A stretch of 64,000 nt of DNA from Bdellovibrionales bacterium. Lineage in GTDB: Bacteria; Bdellovibrionota; Bdellovibrionia; Bdellovibrionales; JAGQZY01. Under the pieces are notes generated by a model that was not told where the DNA came from, did no database searches, and saw only the letters and a list, made by a program, of their open reading frames with translations. Positions 1 to 10,126 of the stretch are shown here, one piece after another. The translations under genes were made by a program, and so were the position numbers. Every line of letters begins with the position of its first letter. The stretch's first letter is position 1. Location of the stretch: assembly GCA_964230645.1 (NCBI GenBank), contig CAXRHT010000002.1, positions 128,001-192,000 on the forward strand, written 5' to 3'.

Positions 1-150
1 ATTTTCTGGCTCGGTGGGATTGACCGAAGGGCCGACATTGTCTTCTGAAGCGGCAGGACCTGGTTGATTGCCTTTCATTTCACTACAGGCTGTCATGGAT
101 CCAGCTCCAATCACTATGGAAAGAACCGCGATTAAGCTTTTTATTTTCAT
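1..150 (-). CDS. Lipoprotein, 5' part (runs off the window start); not in the ORF track
   Basis: Translated by hand: MKIKSLIAVLSIVIGAGSMTACSEMKGNQPGPAASEDNVGPSVNPTEPEN... It has an AAGGAG SD upstream, a basic N-terminus, a hydrophobic stretch and a lipobox-like MTA-C. Confidence 0.75.
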   Translation of the reverse strand, partial: MKIKSLIAVLSIVIGAGSMTACSEMKGNQPGPAASEDNVGPSVNPTEPEN

Positions 151-570
151 CTAAAAACTCCTTTGGGGTTACGGGGGGGTAAGGGTTAACGCAACGACCT
201 CTAGAGAGTTCAAGGAATGTACCAACGAGAGCTATTGAAAACTTCACAGAGTCAGAGATATGAAAACCAAATAGGGCCACTGCGCCAGACCCATTCAAGA
301 GAGCTGTCAAAAAAAACGACAATCCAAAGTGACAGTCTTCGCTTGTGGAGTAACAATTTTTGGTGGTTTATCCACGGGCCGCAATCGAGGTTTCTTAGGA
401 TATGTTTTAAAAAATGGGTATTTCAAGCAAGAAATTGAAGCTAAAGGGTTGAAAACAGGGAGTTAAAAGGGAGGTTCTGATGCTCTCAGCCTTGTTAAGG
501 AGCCTTGGGCCTGCTAGCCATACGGGGTTGTAAAAAAGAGACTCACTCAAACACAATAGAAAGGAAGTGT

Positions 571-2679
571 ATGAAACTCTTAATTTCCCTATTCCTTGTT
601 TTTGGAATGTTACCAGGAGCGATGGCGATGTCGAAAAAAAGTTTAGATGAAAATCCCGCATTTTCGGAATGGACCGGACCTTATCAAGGTGTTCCTCCAT
701 TTGATAAAATTGAGACCGAAGATTTTGAGCCCGCACTTAAAGGCGTTTTTGCAAAAGCGAAAAAAGAATACCAAAAGATTGCGGAGCAAAAAGCGGATCC
801 CACTTTTGAAAACACAATGGTTCCAATGGAAAAAACTTTTAAAGACATCGAGCGTGTCAATTTGCTCTTCTCTATTTGGAATTCAAATTTGAGTAATGAT
901 GAAGTGCAAGCTGTCGAGAAAGAAATGGCTCCTATTATGGCGGCATTCGATGACGAAGTGGTGCAAAATGAGGCTCTCTTCAATCGAATTAAAAGCATAT
1001 ACAAAGGAAAAGACTACAAGAAGCTTTCTAGTGAACAACAAAGACTCGTTTGGAAATACTACACGGACTTTGTGAAAAGAGGGGCCGCTCTTGATGCTGG
1101 TCAAAAAAAACAAGTGGCTGAAATAAATAAAAAACAAGCCGAGCTCACCACACAATTTCAGCAAAATCTTTTAAACGATGAAAACGATGACTATCTTCTC
1201 ATCTCAGACAAAAAAGATGTCCAAGGCTTACCAGAGTGGTTGAAAAATTCCGCCAAGACGGAGGCAGAAAAAAGGGGCTTAAAAGGTTGGGTGATTTCTA
1301 ATACCCGTTCAAGCATGCAACCCTTTATCACCTACAGTCCGAATCGAGAACTGAGAGAGAAAGCTTTTAAAATTTGGACCTCCAGAGGAGATAACGGTGG
1401 TAAAAATGATAATAACAAGATCATCACCGAAATTTTAAAGCTCCGAGCTCAGCGTTCAAAGATTATGGGATTTGATTCCTACGCTCATTGGCAACTTTCG
1501 GACAAAATGGCGAAAACTCCTGAGAACGCCATGAAGCTGATGGAGCGTGTTTGGGAACCAGCTAAAAAGCAGGTCGCTAAAGACGTTAAGGACATGGAAA
1601 AGGTTATCAAGGAAGAGGAGAAAAAACCGTTTAAAATCAAACCATGGGACTATCGATACTACGCAGAAAAGCTTCGTCAAAAACGCTATGACTTCGATAT
1701 GGATAAGCTAAAACCCTATCTAGAGCTTCCCAAATTACAAAAAGCGATGTTTTGGATGGCCGGTGAACTCTATGGTTTTGACTTCAAGCAGGTGAAAAAT
1801 GTACCTGTCTTTCATCCCGACGTGACTGTTTACGAGGTCTCTAAAAATGATAAAACAGTTGGGCTTTGGTACTTTGACCCCTATGCCCGTAAAGGAAAAC
1901 GTTCAGGCGCTTGGATGAATGCCTATCGTTTGCAAGATCGATTGGGTGGAAAAGAGATTTTTCCCATCGTCTCAAACAACTCAAACTTTGTGAAATCAGA
2001 AAAAGGAGCCACCCGAATATCATGGGATGATGCCCAAACCATGTTCCATGAGTTTGGCCATGCTCTTCATGGTTTAAGCAGTGATGTGACCTATCCGTCT
2101 CTGGCGGGAACTAACACCGCACGAGACTTTGTGGAGTTCCCTTCTCAAATTCATGAGGATTGGTTGTCCACACCTGAAGTGTTGAAGTTTCTAACTAACA
2201 GCGACGGTGAACCCATTCCTAAGAAAATGCTCACAAAAATGAAAAAGGCCAAAACCTTTAATGAGGGTTTTGGAACGGTGGAGTATCTGGCCTCGGCTCT
2301 TATGGATATGAAGCTTCATTTGATGTCCAACCCTGATGTGAATCCCAAAGAGTACGAGAAGAAAACTCTTAAAAAGCTCGGAATGCCGGAGCAAATTGTG
2401 ATGAGGCACCGTCTTCCACAATTTGCCCATATCTTTTCCGGAGAAGGCTACTCGGCTGGCTATTATAGCTACCTATGGTCTGATGTTTTAAGCCAAGATG
2501 CTTTCAAAGCCTTCCTTGAAGCCAAAGGGCCTTATGACAAGAAAGTGGCCAAAAGCTTTCAGGAAAATATTCTCTCTGTCGGGGATACTATTGATCCTGC
2601 CAAAGCCTATCGCAAGTTTCGTGGAAGAGATCCTAAGGTTGGAGCTCTTTTGGAGGCCAAAGGCTTTAAAAAAATGTAG
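571..2679 (+). CDS. dcp: Exported M3-family metallopeptidase (peptidyl-dipeptidase Dcp-like)
   Basis: FHEFGHALH zinc motif, RDFVEFPSQ, GKRSGAWM, HIFSGEGYSAGYYSYLW. Signal peptide MKLLISLFLVFGMLPGAMA follows an AAGGAAG SD, so the start is moved to 571. Confidence 0.9.
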   Translation: MKLLISLFLVFGMLPGAMAMSKKSLDENPAFSEWTGPYQGVPPFDKIETEDFEPALKGVFAKAKKEYQKIAEQKADPTFENTMVPMEKTFKDIERVNLLFSIWNSNLSNDEVQAVEKEMAPIMAAFDDEVVQNEALFNRIKSIYKGKDYKKLSSEQQRLVWKYYTDFVKRGAALDAGQKKQVAEINKKQAELTTQFQQNLLNDENDDYLLISDKKDVQGLPEWLKNSAKTEAEKRGLKGWVISNTRSSMQPFITYSPNRELREKAFKIWTSRGDNGGKNDNNKIITEILKLRAQRSKIMGFDSYAHWQLSDKMAKTPENAMKLMERVWEPAKKQVAKDVKDMEKVIKEEEKKPFKIKPWDYRYYAEKLRQKRYDFDMDKLKPYLELPKLQKAMFWMAGELYGFDFKQVKNVPVFHPDVTVYEVSKNDKTVGLWYFDPYARKGKRSGAWMNAYRLQDRLGGKEIFPIVSNNSNFVKSEKGATRISWDDAQTMFHEFGHALHGLSSDVTYPSLAGTNTARDFVEFPSQIHEDWLSTPEVLKFLTNSDGEPIPKKMLTKMKKAKTFNEGFGTVEYLASALMDMKLHLMSNPDVNPKEYEKKTLKKLGMPEQIVMRHRLPQFAHIFSGEGYSAGYYSYLWSDVLSQDAFKAFLEAKGPYDKKVAKSFQENILSVGDTIDPAKAYRKFRGRDPKVGALLEAKGFKKM

Positions 2680-2736
2680 CGATCGCTATGGGGAGTAGAG
2701 AAGCTCCCCTAATATTTGCAGCATAAAGCTTTCAAA

Positions 2737-2776
2737 GGGAATAAGGTTTAAAAAGGGCCTTATTCCTTTTTTTTTG
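2737..2776 (+). terminator. Probable intrinsic terminator after dcp
   Basis: GGAATAAGG...CCTTATTCC stem followed by a T-run, between convergent genes. Confidence 0.65.
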
Positions 2777-2895
2777 CTTTGGCAAAAACCGCCCCTGGTT
2801 TCAATGAGAATGACCAGGATATCGAAGAGGTTGGACGTTCATACTCTAAAGAAGGTGTGCTTCTATTTACCTGGTATATTCACTAGCGGGGCTCG

Positions 2896-3654
2896 TTAAT
2901 CTCTCATTTTGGCTAAAAGCCTCAGGATTTCAATGTAAAGCCACACGAGGGTAATCAAAAGGCCAAAAGCCGCGTACCATTCCATATATTTGGGAAGGTT
3001 TTGTTCACTGGCATTTTCTATAAAATCAAAATCCAGGACTAAGTTTAAGGCGGCAATGGCTATGACGGCCAGTGAAAAAAGGATTCCCACGGGGCCACCT
3101 GAGTGGATCAAAGGAATTTGAGCGCCAAAAAAGCTCATCACAAATCCAATCATGTAAATTAAGAAGATTCCACCGGTGGCAGCAGCCACTCCCAGGCGAA
3201 AGTTATCGGTGACTTTTATAAGTCCTGATTTGTAGACCACTAGAAGAGAGGCAAAGACTGCCGCTGTTCCCAAGACGGCCTGAAAGACAATGCCTGGATA
3301 ACGGTATTCAAAAAGAGCGGAAATGGCTCCCATTAAAACACCTTCAAGAATGGCGTAAACGGGAGCTAAATAAGGAGCTAAATGTTTTTTGAAGATAATA
3401 ATGAAGGCCAGGATAAGGCTTCCTATCACAGCCGGCAGGTGCCAAACCGAAAAGCTTGGGGCCACCCCTTGGCTCCAGCCCGAGGGAAACATTTGGCTCC
3501 AGGTCAAAGCCGCAGACATTATGACTAGCGCTACCAGGAAAAAGGATTTATTCACAGTTCCCTGAAGGGTCATCGTCCCTCCAGCTTGACTGGATACATT
3601 GCGGAAAGTGGTACTGTTTAAAGCCGGGTTGGCTGTTCTCATCGTCGTTCTCAT
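2896..3654 (-). CDS. Bax inhibitor-1/YccA-family membrane protein
   Basis: About 7 TM segments, MTLQGTVNK near the N-terminus, and LVLDFDFIE...PKYMEWYAAFGLLITLVWLYIEILRLL at the C-terminus. Confidence 0.85.
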   Translation of the reverse strand: MRTTMRTANPALNSTTFRNVSSQAGGTMTLQGTVNKSFFLVALVIMSAALTWSQMFPSGWSQGVAPSFSVWHLPAVIGSLILAFIIIFKKHLAPYLAPVYAILEGVLMGAISALFEYRYPGIVFQAVLGTAAVFASLLVVYKSGLIKVTDNFRLGVAAATGGIFLIYMIGFVMSFFGAQIPLIHSGGPVGILFSLAVIAIAALNLVLDFDFIENASEQNLPKYMEWYAAFGLLITLVWLYIEILRLLAKMRD

Positions 3655-3715
3655 AGCACCAGTTTAACTGAAAAAAGGCGCGCGAGCACGAAAGCCACGC
3701 TGTGTAGCATTATTC

Positions 3716-6700
3716 TTAGTCTATACAGCAGTGAAAGCTAGAACCAGTGTCTCCTAAGCTGATGGGGGCGCCATCAGGCTGACCAGTTCCCATTACGGAG
3801 ACTGCTAGATAACCTCCATCATAGACTAAATCACCGACGATATGGGTGGCCCCTATAGTTAAGGGAGTCCCGGTGATCGCATAGGCTTGAGTCATTTGGT
3901 TTTGAGAACAAATTTTTGAGCCCGGGTAGTTTGTATTACAAATTGAATTGGCGGTAGCATGTGAACCGGTTTCGTAGGTTGCGCTGATACAAAGGTCAGG
4001 ATTGTCAACACTTCCAATTTTATTCATACCGGCCGGACAGCGGGTATCTTTTATAGGGACCCAAGTGAGTGTTCCATCCAGATCGACGCAGACTTGTAGA
4101 ACATTAAGAACTTGGCTAGTGCGCATTTGTCCAATATCTGTATTGGTTGCACAGGTGGCGCCTCGGTCACCAATTTGAAGAGATCCTGGAGTTCTAGTGC
4201 GGCCTTGATCGTCGACGTTAAAAACCTCTGTGTTAAGACTGTCTGCGATGCGAAAAAGCTGTGTTTGCCCCGGTAACTGACGAACTTCAACTTGTGCTGT
4301 TGGTGTCATTGTCCCAAGACCAAGAAATCCATCAGGACTGATAGTCATTCGAGTTTCGGGCATACCACCATAGCCAGCGGTTCCAAAGTCTAAACTTGTG
4401 GGGGATTGAGAGCCAGAGTAAGTGCCTTCGACCTGAGCCCTTAGAAAAGCACCCTTGGGGTAATTTCCGCTGGAATTGCGACCATGAAATGCCACTTCTC
4501 CAAGAACATTGCCAGCGCTGACAGTATTGGGAGTTGCTTGCGATCCATTGGCTCTTGATAGGTTGATTTGGGAATGGGTTCCGTAGTTGTTTTGTTTGTA
4601 ATCACCCTCTTCAATATGTAGCTTAGATACTGGATTAAGAGTTCCGATTCCAATATTTCCAGTATTATCAATTGTCATAGCTGTTGTTGAATTTGTTCGT
4701 AAATTCAAATTGTAGTTATCGTTTGTTCCCAAGGTCATGGAGTCATTTAAACTATTTCCTCCGTTGCTAATAAAAGCATTGGATGCATTGACATAATTAA
4801 CAACTTCCGTCTGTGATAAAACAAAATTCTGTCGACTCATTCTTCTTAAAGCAGCGGTTGAGGCATCATGAATTAATATTTCATCCGCAGGATCAATAGT
4901 GGTTTCAGAAGCGGCTGATAGAATATCGACTTGCACACCTGTACCATCAACAGAAATACCCTCTCCTGCCATGACGCTGACATCGTCGGCATTAACTATG
5001 ATACCGTCACCAGCACCAATATCAATTTGCCTATCGGAACTGAAATCGCCACCACCCGTAAGACCATTACCCGCAATGAGACTCCTTGAAGCATCGATTT
5101 TGTCTGAATCAAGCTCGATAAAAGCCGCCTCTAAGGTGGTTGCTGTTAAGGGCGTAGTACCAACAGGAATCATCAGGGGATCCAGTTGACTTTCATCGAT
5201 GTCAAAGACCAGACTGTCTGGGGTTTGAGAAATATTAAGCTTTGAACTTGCGGTTTGAAGGGAGCGAAACTCTAAATCGACTCCATTCTTCTGATAGTAG
5301 AGACCCGAACCGCTGCCAATATTAGAAGCCGTGTTGGCTTCTCCTGTACCACCTAATGTTTCCCAAGCGGTTCCATCACAGTAAAGATAGGAAGTTCCAT
5401 CAAAACGAAGAGTTCCAGAATTGAGGAAAGAACAAGCGGAGACGTCATCACCAATTTTAATAGATCCCTGCACATCAAGCTTTGCTTGTGGAGTGGTTGT
5501 TCCGATTCCAATAAAAGTATTGTTGTCGATAAAAAGGGCTGATGAACCGGCCACCGAAAAACCAAGTTGATCAGGGCCAGGATAGTATAAGCCAGAGTTT
5601 GGATCTGCGTTAAAAACAATACCGGGTGCGGTAACAGTGCCACCATTAGCTCGAAGAGGAGCGGTCATGGCAACACTACCATCGGCAAGAAAATCTCCAG
5701 CCACTGGAAGGGTGTACCAACTCAAGCCTCCTGAGCCATCAGTCTGCAAAACATCCCCAGCGCTACCACCATCTGACGGCAAGGTCAGAGTCACATCGTT
5801 GGCAAGATTGGCTGGAGATTTGAGAGCGACATAGTTCGTGCCATTGGGTGTGGCTTCAGCAAGTTGAAGCTCAGTTTCGTTTGCCAAATTGATATTACCA
5901 CCAGAATTGATCCCTGCTGTCACTCCAATTCCACCTGAAACAGTCAGATCGTTGCCTACGCTGAGATCATTTCCAACACCAAGATTATTGACGTTGCTTA
6001 TATTTTGATTTCCTAAGTCGAGAGGTCCGCTCATGGTTCCGCCCGTGAGAGGAAGTTTACTAACGTCATTGGCAATCTGAGAGGTCCACTGGGTTCCGTT
6101 CCAAGATAACACTTCTCCATTGTTTCCCGCGGCAAGGGCCGAAAGCGTGGGGGTGTCGACCTGTAATCCACCAATATAGCTACGAGCGTATGCGACGTTG
6201 ACGGCATCGGAATCGATAGCAGGGTTTGGGTCAGCGACATTGATAATCTTTTGATTGTTATTATCCACGTCAGCTACAGGTACGCCACCAACCGAAAAAC
6301 TACTACTGGTTCCATCAAGAAGAGCTTGGAGTTCTGGCCAGTTGGTTGAGTTAAACACGTATTCAAGGTTAGCCTGATTAAGGCTATATCCTGCGCCTAC
6401 ATTGATTTGTAGGAGGTCCGTCGCTGTGAGGCCATTAACAGAACCGGCAGAAAGAGCGTAAGCATTGGCTCCGATGAGAACATCCTGATCGATTGTTATG
6501 GGACCGGAACCATCATTAAAGGTGATTCGCAATTTTCTGTGATCAGTGGATGCCGGGTCATAAACACCGCCAGCGGCGCAAGTCGATGGATTGACAGGGC
6601 CTGTGCTGTTGCTGAAGGCAGCAGCCAGGGAGTTAGTGTCTTCAAACGCAGAGCCTGATTGAGTTCCGTCCCCAAGATCAATGGCGAAGAAACCATTGGA

Positions 6701-6922
6701 GTTTGTCATATTGACTGTGTGAGATTCTTCGAAGAGCACACACTCCTCCGCTCCTGGGGAAAGCACTTGCAAAAGGAAATCAACGTTGGAGCCCTCAATG
6801 GGAACGTGCCCTGATGGATCAATCAACTGACCTTCGACAACCATGAATTCAGGAGCGGCCATGGCCTTGAATCCAAACAATAAAAGGAAAGTGAGAGGGA
6901 TAAGCTGAAAAAACTTATTCAT
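3716..6922 (-). CDS. Phage-tail-fibre-like surface adhesin (Bdellovibrio-type fibre protein)
   Basis: Signal peptide; N-terminal module EGQLIDPSG...VLSPGAEECVLFEESH...NGFFAIDLGDG; fibre motif LTLPSDGGSAGDVLQTDGSGGLSW; three GIGTxxP-type repeats; Cys-rich C-terminal tip. Confidence 0.8.
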   Translation of the reverse strand: MNKFFQLIPLTFLLLFGFKAMAAPEFMVVEGQLIDPSGHVPIEGSNVDFLLQVLSPGAEECVLFEESHTVNMTNSNGFFAIDLGDGTQSGSAFEDTNSLAAAFSNSTGPVNPSTCAAGGVYDPASTDHRKLRITFNDGSGPITIDQDVLIGANAYALSAGSVNGLTATDLLQINVGAGYSLNQANLEYVFNSTNWPELQALLDGTSSSFSVGGVPVADVDNNNQKIINVADPNPAIDSDAVNVAYARSYIGGLQVDTPTLSALAAGNNGEVLSWNGTQWTSQIANDVSKLPLTGGTMSGPLDLGNQNISNVNNLGVGNDLSVGNDLTVSGGIGVTAGINSGGNINLANETELQLAEATPNGTNYVALKSPANLANDVTLTLPSDGGSAGDVLQTDGSGGLSWYTLPVAGDFLADGSVAMTAPLRANGGTVTAPGIVFNADPNSGLYYPGPDQLGFSVAGSSALFIDNNTFIGIGTTTPQAKLDVQGSIKIGDDVSACSFLNSGTLRFDGTSYLYCDGTAWETLGGTGEANTASNIGSGSGLYYQKNGVDLEFRSLQTASSKLNISQTPDSLVFDIDESQLDPLMIPVGTTPLTATTLEAAFIELDSDKIDASRSLIAGNGLTGGGDFSSDRQIDIGAGDGIIVNADDVSVMAGEGISVDGTGVQVDILSAASETTIDPADEILIHDASTAALRRMSRQNFVLSQTEVVNYVNASNAFISNGGNSLNDSMTLGTNDNYNLNLRTNSTTAMTIDNTGNIGIGTLNPVSKLHIEEGDYKQNNYGTHSQINLSRANGSQATPNTVSAGNVLGEVAFHGRNSSGNYPKGAFLRAQVEGTYSGSQSPTSLDFGTAGYGGMPETRMTISPDGFLGLGTMTPTAQVEVRQLPGQTQLFRIADSLNTEVFNVDDQGRTRTPGSLQIGDRGATCATNTDIGQMRTSQVLNVLQVCVDLDGTLTWVPIKDTRCPAGMNKIGSVDNPDLCISATYETGSHATANSICNTNYPGSKICSQNQMTQAYAITGTPLTIGATHIVGDLVYDGGYLAVSVMGTGQPDGAPISLGDTGSSFHCCID

Positions 6923-7589
6923 TGATCGCTCCTAGGCGAGGGGATTTTAAGGATGGCTGCCATCCCTGATTTTGATATTTAATTTTTTGATCTCGAACAC
7001 GAATATGGTATTGAACTTCAGGGCTAACACCATGAATTGAGCTTTGCACTAAATTGATCTGCGAGTTGCGTGGTCGGTCGTCTTTTTTGCAGGTGTCAGG
7101 AAAACCAAAGATTTGAGCTAAAGAGTTGTTTTCACTCGGCCACTGAATCTCTATTTCGACTTCCTGATCTCCTGGGGCAAGATCAATGCCTTCGATGCGA
7201 CCGATACGATGCACTTTGTTTGTTCCAAAAGTCTTTCCAAGACCTTTTGAAAAATCGAAATTAGTCTTACAGCCAGAATCACTTTGCACAAAAAAGAGCT
7301 CGATCACCCGCGCTTTTCCTGAGCTTGTTTCGATTTCGATTTCAGAACCAGCAGGGGCGAGACCTGCGTAATCGCCGTAAGAGGGGTCACAAATTGTTTT
7401 GGAAGAGGAGATCAGATCATCCGCTTTGATATTAACGGCAAAACAACTGGTACCACTCAGGGCCGTGTTGCCCATTTTCTGAGGCATTTGAAAAAGAATG
7501 CGTGAGGCTTTTCCATCAGGAGCCTTTTTAGAGCACCCCATAGATAACAAAACTAAAAAAAGACCGGAGACGAGAGCAAGTTTTTTCAT
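6915..7589 (-). CDS. Lipoprotein, probably co-transcribed with the fibre gene
   Basis: Lipobox-like LSMG-C; its stop overlaps the start of the fibre gene. Confidence 0.75.
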   Translation of the reverse strand: MKKLALVSGLFLVLLSMGCSKKAPDGKASRILFQMPQKMGNTALSGTSCFAVNIKADDLISSSKTICDPSYGDYAGLAPAGSEIEIETSSGKARVIELFFVQSDSGCKTNFDFSKGLGKTFGTNKVHRIGRIEGIDLAPGDQEVEIEIQWPSENNSLAQIFGFPDTCKKDDRPRNSQINLVQSSIHGVSPEVQYHIRVRDQKIKYQNQGWQPSLKSPRLGAINE

Positions 7590-7596
7590 TTATTTT

Positions 7597-7623
7597 GTAT
7601 CGGTCGTCTCTGGGAAATAATGA
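7597..7623 (-). promoter_or_regulatory. Putative FliA (sigma28) promoter
   Basis: TCAT-N15-ACCGATAC against consensus TAAA-N15-GCCGATAA; it ends 7 nt before the ATG at 7589. Confidence 0.5.
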
Positions 7624-7808
7624 GTGCTTTTCTCAGCTTGAGGCAAAAAAGAAGGTATTAATTCGATGAATTTTGAATCTGATGGGGAACGGTTGCGTGT
7701 AACATAATTTTTTTATTCCCAAATATTTGCTAACTTTGAATCTTTAAAAAAAAACCGGTCTCAAATTGGTAATAACAGGGTTAAGAATCAAAGAGTTTTC
7801 GGGTAAAT

Positions 7809-7842
7809 AAAAAAGCCAGCTTTTCAGGGACTGGCTTTTTTT
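7809..7842. terminator. Intrinsic terminator after the SDR gene
   Basis: AAAAAAGCCAG...CTGGCTTTTTTT hairpin with A and T tails. Confidence 0.75.
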
Positions 7843-7863
7843 AGTATAAAATGTTCCTTAAGG

Positions 7864-8526
7864 CTACCAGGGTAGCCGCTCTCCGTTCATATGCCAGAAT
7901 GTTCCGGTGTCATCCATGGATTTTTCATTCATGATTTTCACTAGGTTTCTGGCAGATTCATCGGTCTCAACGAGACCTGATTGACTGGTCATGTCCGTTT
8001 TAACCCATCCCGGATGGAGGAGAAGGACAGTGATACCTTGTTCTTTTAAGTCCACACTTAAAGATTTCCCAGCGGCGTTAAGTGCAGCCTTTGACATTCT
8101 GTAGCCGTAGGAACCTCCAGAGTCGTTGTCTTCGATGGACCCCATCCGGCTGGTAACAAGGCCGAGCTTTGAGTTCTCTGCCAATTTCGGCAAGAAAGCT
8201 TTGGCACTGAGCATGGGGGCAACACTGTTGACCTCAAATTGTTTCTTGATTCCATCGATATCAAACTCTGCCAATGTGGAAGAGCGCATAATTCCAGAGA
8301 CGTGATAGACCTGATCAAAAGTCGGGAGACCACTAGAAGAAATTTTTGATTTCATTTTATCGAAATCAGTCACTTCGAAATCCTCAATGATCATTGCGGG
8401 CTTAGCCTCTTTCAACTCCTCTGAAGATTGACGACAAAAGGCATAAACTTGTGCCCCTTGGCTTTTTAGTTCTTTAACTAAGGCTAGACCTATTCCTCGA
8501 TTACTTCCGATAACGGCCACGTTCAT
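7864..8526 (-). CDS. Short-chain dehydrogenase/reductase (CsgA/C-factor-like)
   Basis: GSNRGIG, TSRMGSI, YRMSKAALN (YxxxK), LHPGWVKTDM. Confidence 0.9.
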   Translation of the reverse strand: MNVAVIGSNRGIGLALVKELKSQGAQVYAFCRQSSEELKEAKPAMIIEDFEVTDFDKMKSKISSSGLPTFDQVYHVSGIMRSSTLAEFDIDGIKKQFEVNSVAPMLSAKAFLPKLAENSKLGLVTSRMGSIEDNDSGGSYGYRMSKAALNAAGKSLSVDLKEQGITVLLLHPGWVKTDMTSQSGLVETDESARNLVKIMNEKSMDDTGTFWHMNGERLPW

Positions 8527-8699
8527 ATATTTCTCCTTTTATTTAGCAAAACCAAAACTTGAGTGATTTTTTCAGTCTTGTCATGGTGCAGGTGGGTATT
8601 ACTGTGACGTTCCTGGAGCGAAAAAAAGCCGGTGAGTGTAGAAAGGCTCGACCACTGAAGAATTGAAAGTAGAATCGTTTTTAAAAGGAGATCCCCGCT

Positions 8700-9521
8700 A
8701 TGTTTCTCAGAATCATTATGGCCCTATTTGTTGGAAACTTTTTACTGCAAGCTTCACCTCTGCCATCGAGTGATAAAGCTTTTGTTGATGCTGTTGATAA
8801 GCTGCCAGATTCCAGCCCTTTATGTAAAACTTTAAAAGTAGAAACTGAGGCTCTCCTGGATTTCTCTTTGAATTCCCTTCCCACTGTAAAAAACTCTCAA
8901 GAAATGCAAAAAGCCATGGAAATTCTCTCTTCAATTCCGTCAACTGACGGAGAAACCATTAAACTTTATCGAACCTATTTGTCACAAGACAAAACAAATC
9001 AAAAAGAATTGGGACGATTTTATAAATTAATGGCTCACAATTGTTGGAAAACACAAGAATTAAAGCTTTGGAAAGCACTACTTAATTATTATGAAAGAGC
9101 TTCTGAGAATGAGCAAAGAAAAATAAAAAACTTCTATAAGACAAATTATTTACAAGTTTCATCTCAACCCATTTCTATGATTCAAACCATGGTTAGAATA
9201 GTCATAATTAAAAGGGGAGTTGATGAAGACTTAATTCCCGTTAGTTTCGAGGCTCGTCAGAGATTAAAAAAGATACGCAAAGATGTAAGACATGAAGCCC
9301 AACTAATAAGTAAAGCTTTTCAGGAAATTACGGATTCTTTCGGCAGTGACTGGGAAGAGACTCCGTTGTCACAAGAGGCTCTATCCCTTTACTTTGAAGA
9401 AATTAAAAAGGAAGCGGCTGCTATAGAACAAACCAACCAAAGCCTTGATCAATGGATTTTAAGCTTCGCTCTTAGCGAGTCGTCAGATACTGCGGCGGTC
9501 CCAGATAATGTAGGGGATTAA
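8700..9521 (+). CDS. Hypothetical exported protein
   Basis: AAGGAG SD, N-terminal hydrophobic signal, 273-aa ORF. The 3' end overlaps the convergent M23 gene by about 50 nt. Confidence 0.65.
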   Translation: MFLRIIMALFVGNFLLQASPLPSSDKAFVDAVDKLPDSSPLCKTLKVETEALLDFSLNSLPTVKNSQEMQKAMEILSSIPSTDGETIKLYRTYLSQDKTNQKELGRFYKLMAHNCWKTQELKLWKALLNYYERASENEQRKIKNFYKTNYLQVSSQPISMIQTMVRIVIIKRGVDEDLIPVSFEARQRLKKIRKDVRHEAQLISKAFQEITDSFGSDWEETPLSQEALSLYFEEIKKEAAAIEQTNQSLDQWILSFALSESSDTAAVPDNVGD

Positions 9522-9942
9522 CCGGTCTTAGGTCTCTGCGAATTTCAAAATGAAGATGCACTCCCGTGGCGCGTCCTGTGCGTCCCATGCCTCCAATTTT
9601 CTGCCCCTTTCTAACAAAGTCTCCCTCTCTTACCTTGAAAGAGTGAAGGTGGGCGTAAAAGGAAGCCCAGGCATCTCCGCGATGTTCTATGATGATCAGA
9701 TTTCCGTAGCCCGTAAAATCGTGACCGGCGTAGAGGACCCTTCCGGTTTCTGCAGCATAAATAGGAGTATTTGTGCGAGCGGCAATATCAAGACCATCAT
9801 GTCGATCCAAAGAGGGTTTGAATTTCTGGGTGAGTCGTCCGCCTTTTACAGGCCACATAAAATGAGGAGTGCCTGCAGGGAGCCGGGGGGTGCTCGAGCA
9901 TGAACAAAATAGAAGGGAGAAAAGAATCAAAATGACGGGCAT
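9472..9942 (-). CDS. M23-family peptidoglycan endopeptidase, probable lipoprotein
   Basis: HDGLDIA (HxxxD), YAHL, GVHLHFEIR (HxH). Start moved to ATG 9942 (MPVILILFSLLFCSC). Confidence 0.85.
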   Translation of the reverse strand: MPVILILFSLLFCSCSSTPRLPAGTPHFMWPVKGGRLTQKFKPSLDRHDGLDIAARTNTPIYAAETGRVLYAGHDFTGYGNLIIIEHRGDAWASFYAHLHSFKVREGDFVRKGQKIGGMGRTGRATGVHLHFEIRRDLRPVNPLHYLGPPQYLTTR

Positions 9943-10126
9943 AACTTTATTATAAAGGAGACCAGGCCAAGAGAAAATAGGGCTCAGGTCTAAGGCAGAG
10001 CAAAAAGAGCGTATCATTATGAGATTCTTAAATTTTTTGAAAAAAAAACGCAACTTTCAGCGAGACCGATCGTTTTCTTCTCAGAACGTGGGCGGAAAAA
10101 CGAACAACACTCATTGGGAGGAAATT

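Noticed and set aside
83..438. Short ORF-track ORFs 83-322 (-) and 217-438 (+)
   Set aside because: No recognisable motifs. The better-supported gene here is the lipoprotein starting at 150 (-) in another frame.
3716..4050. Diversity-generating retroelement target (lectin-like tip ending in FHCC)
   Set aside because: No reverse transcriptase and no second copy (template repeat) of this region in the window.
7697..7724. dif-like sequence (TTATGTTACAC resembling a XerD arm on the minus strand)
   Set aside because: The spacing to the XerC-like ATAA is 5 bp rather than 6, and the centre is a homopolymer run. Not supportable without GC-skew data.
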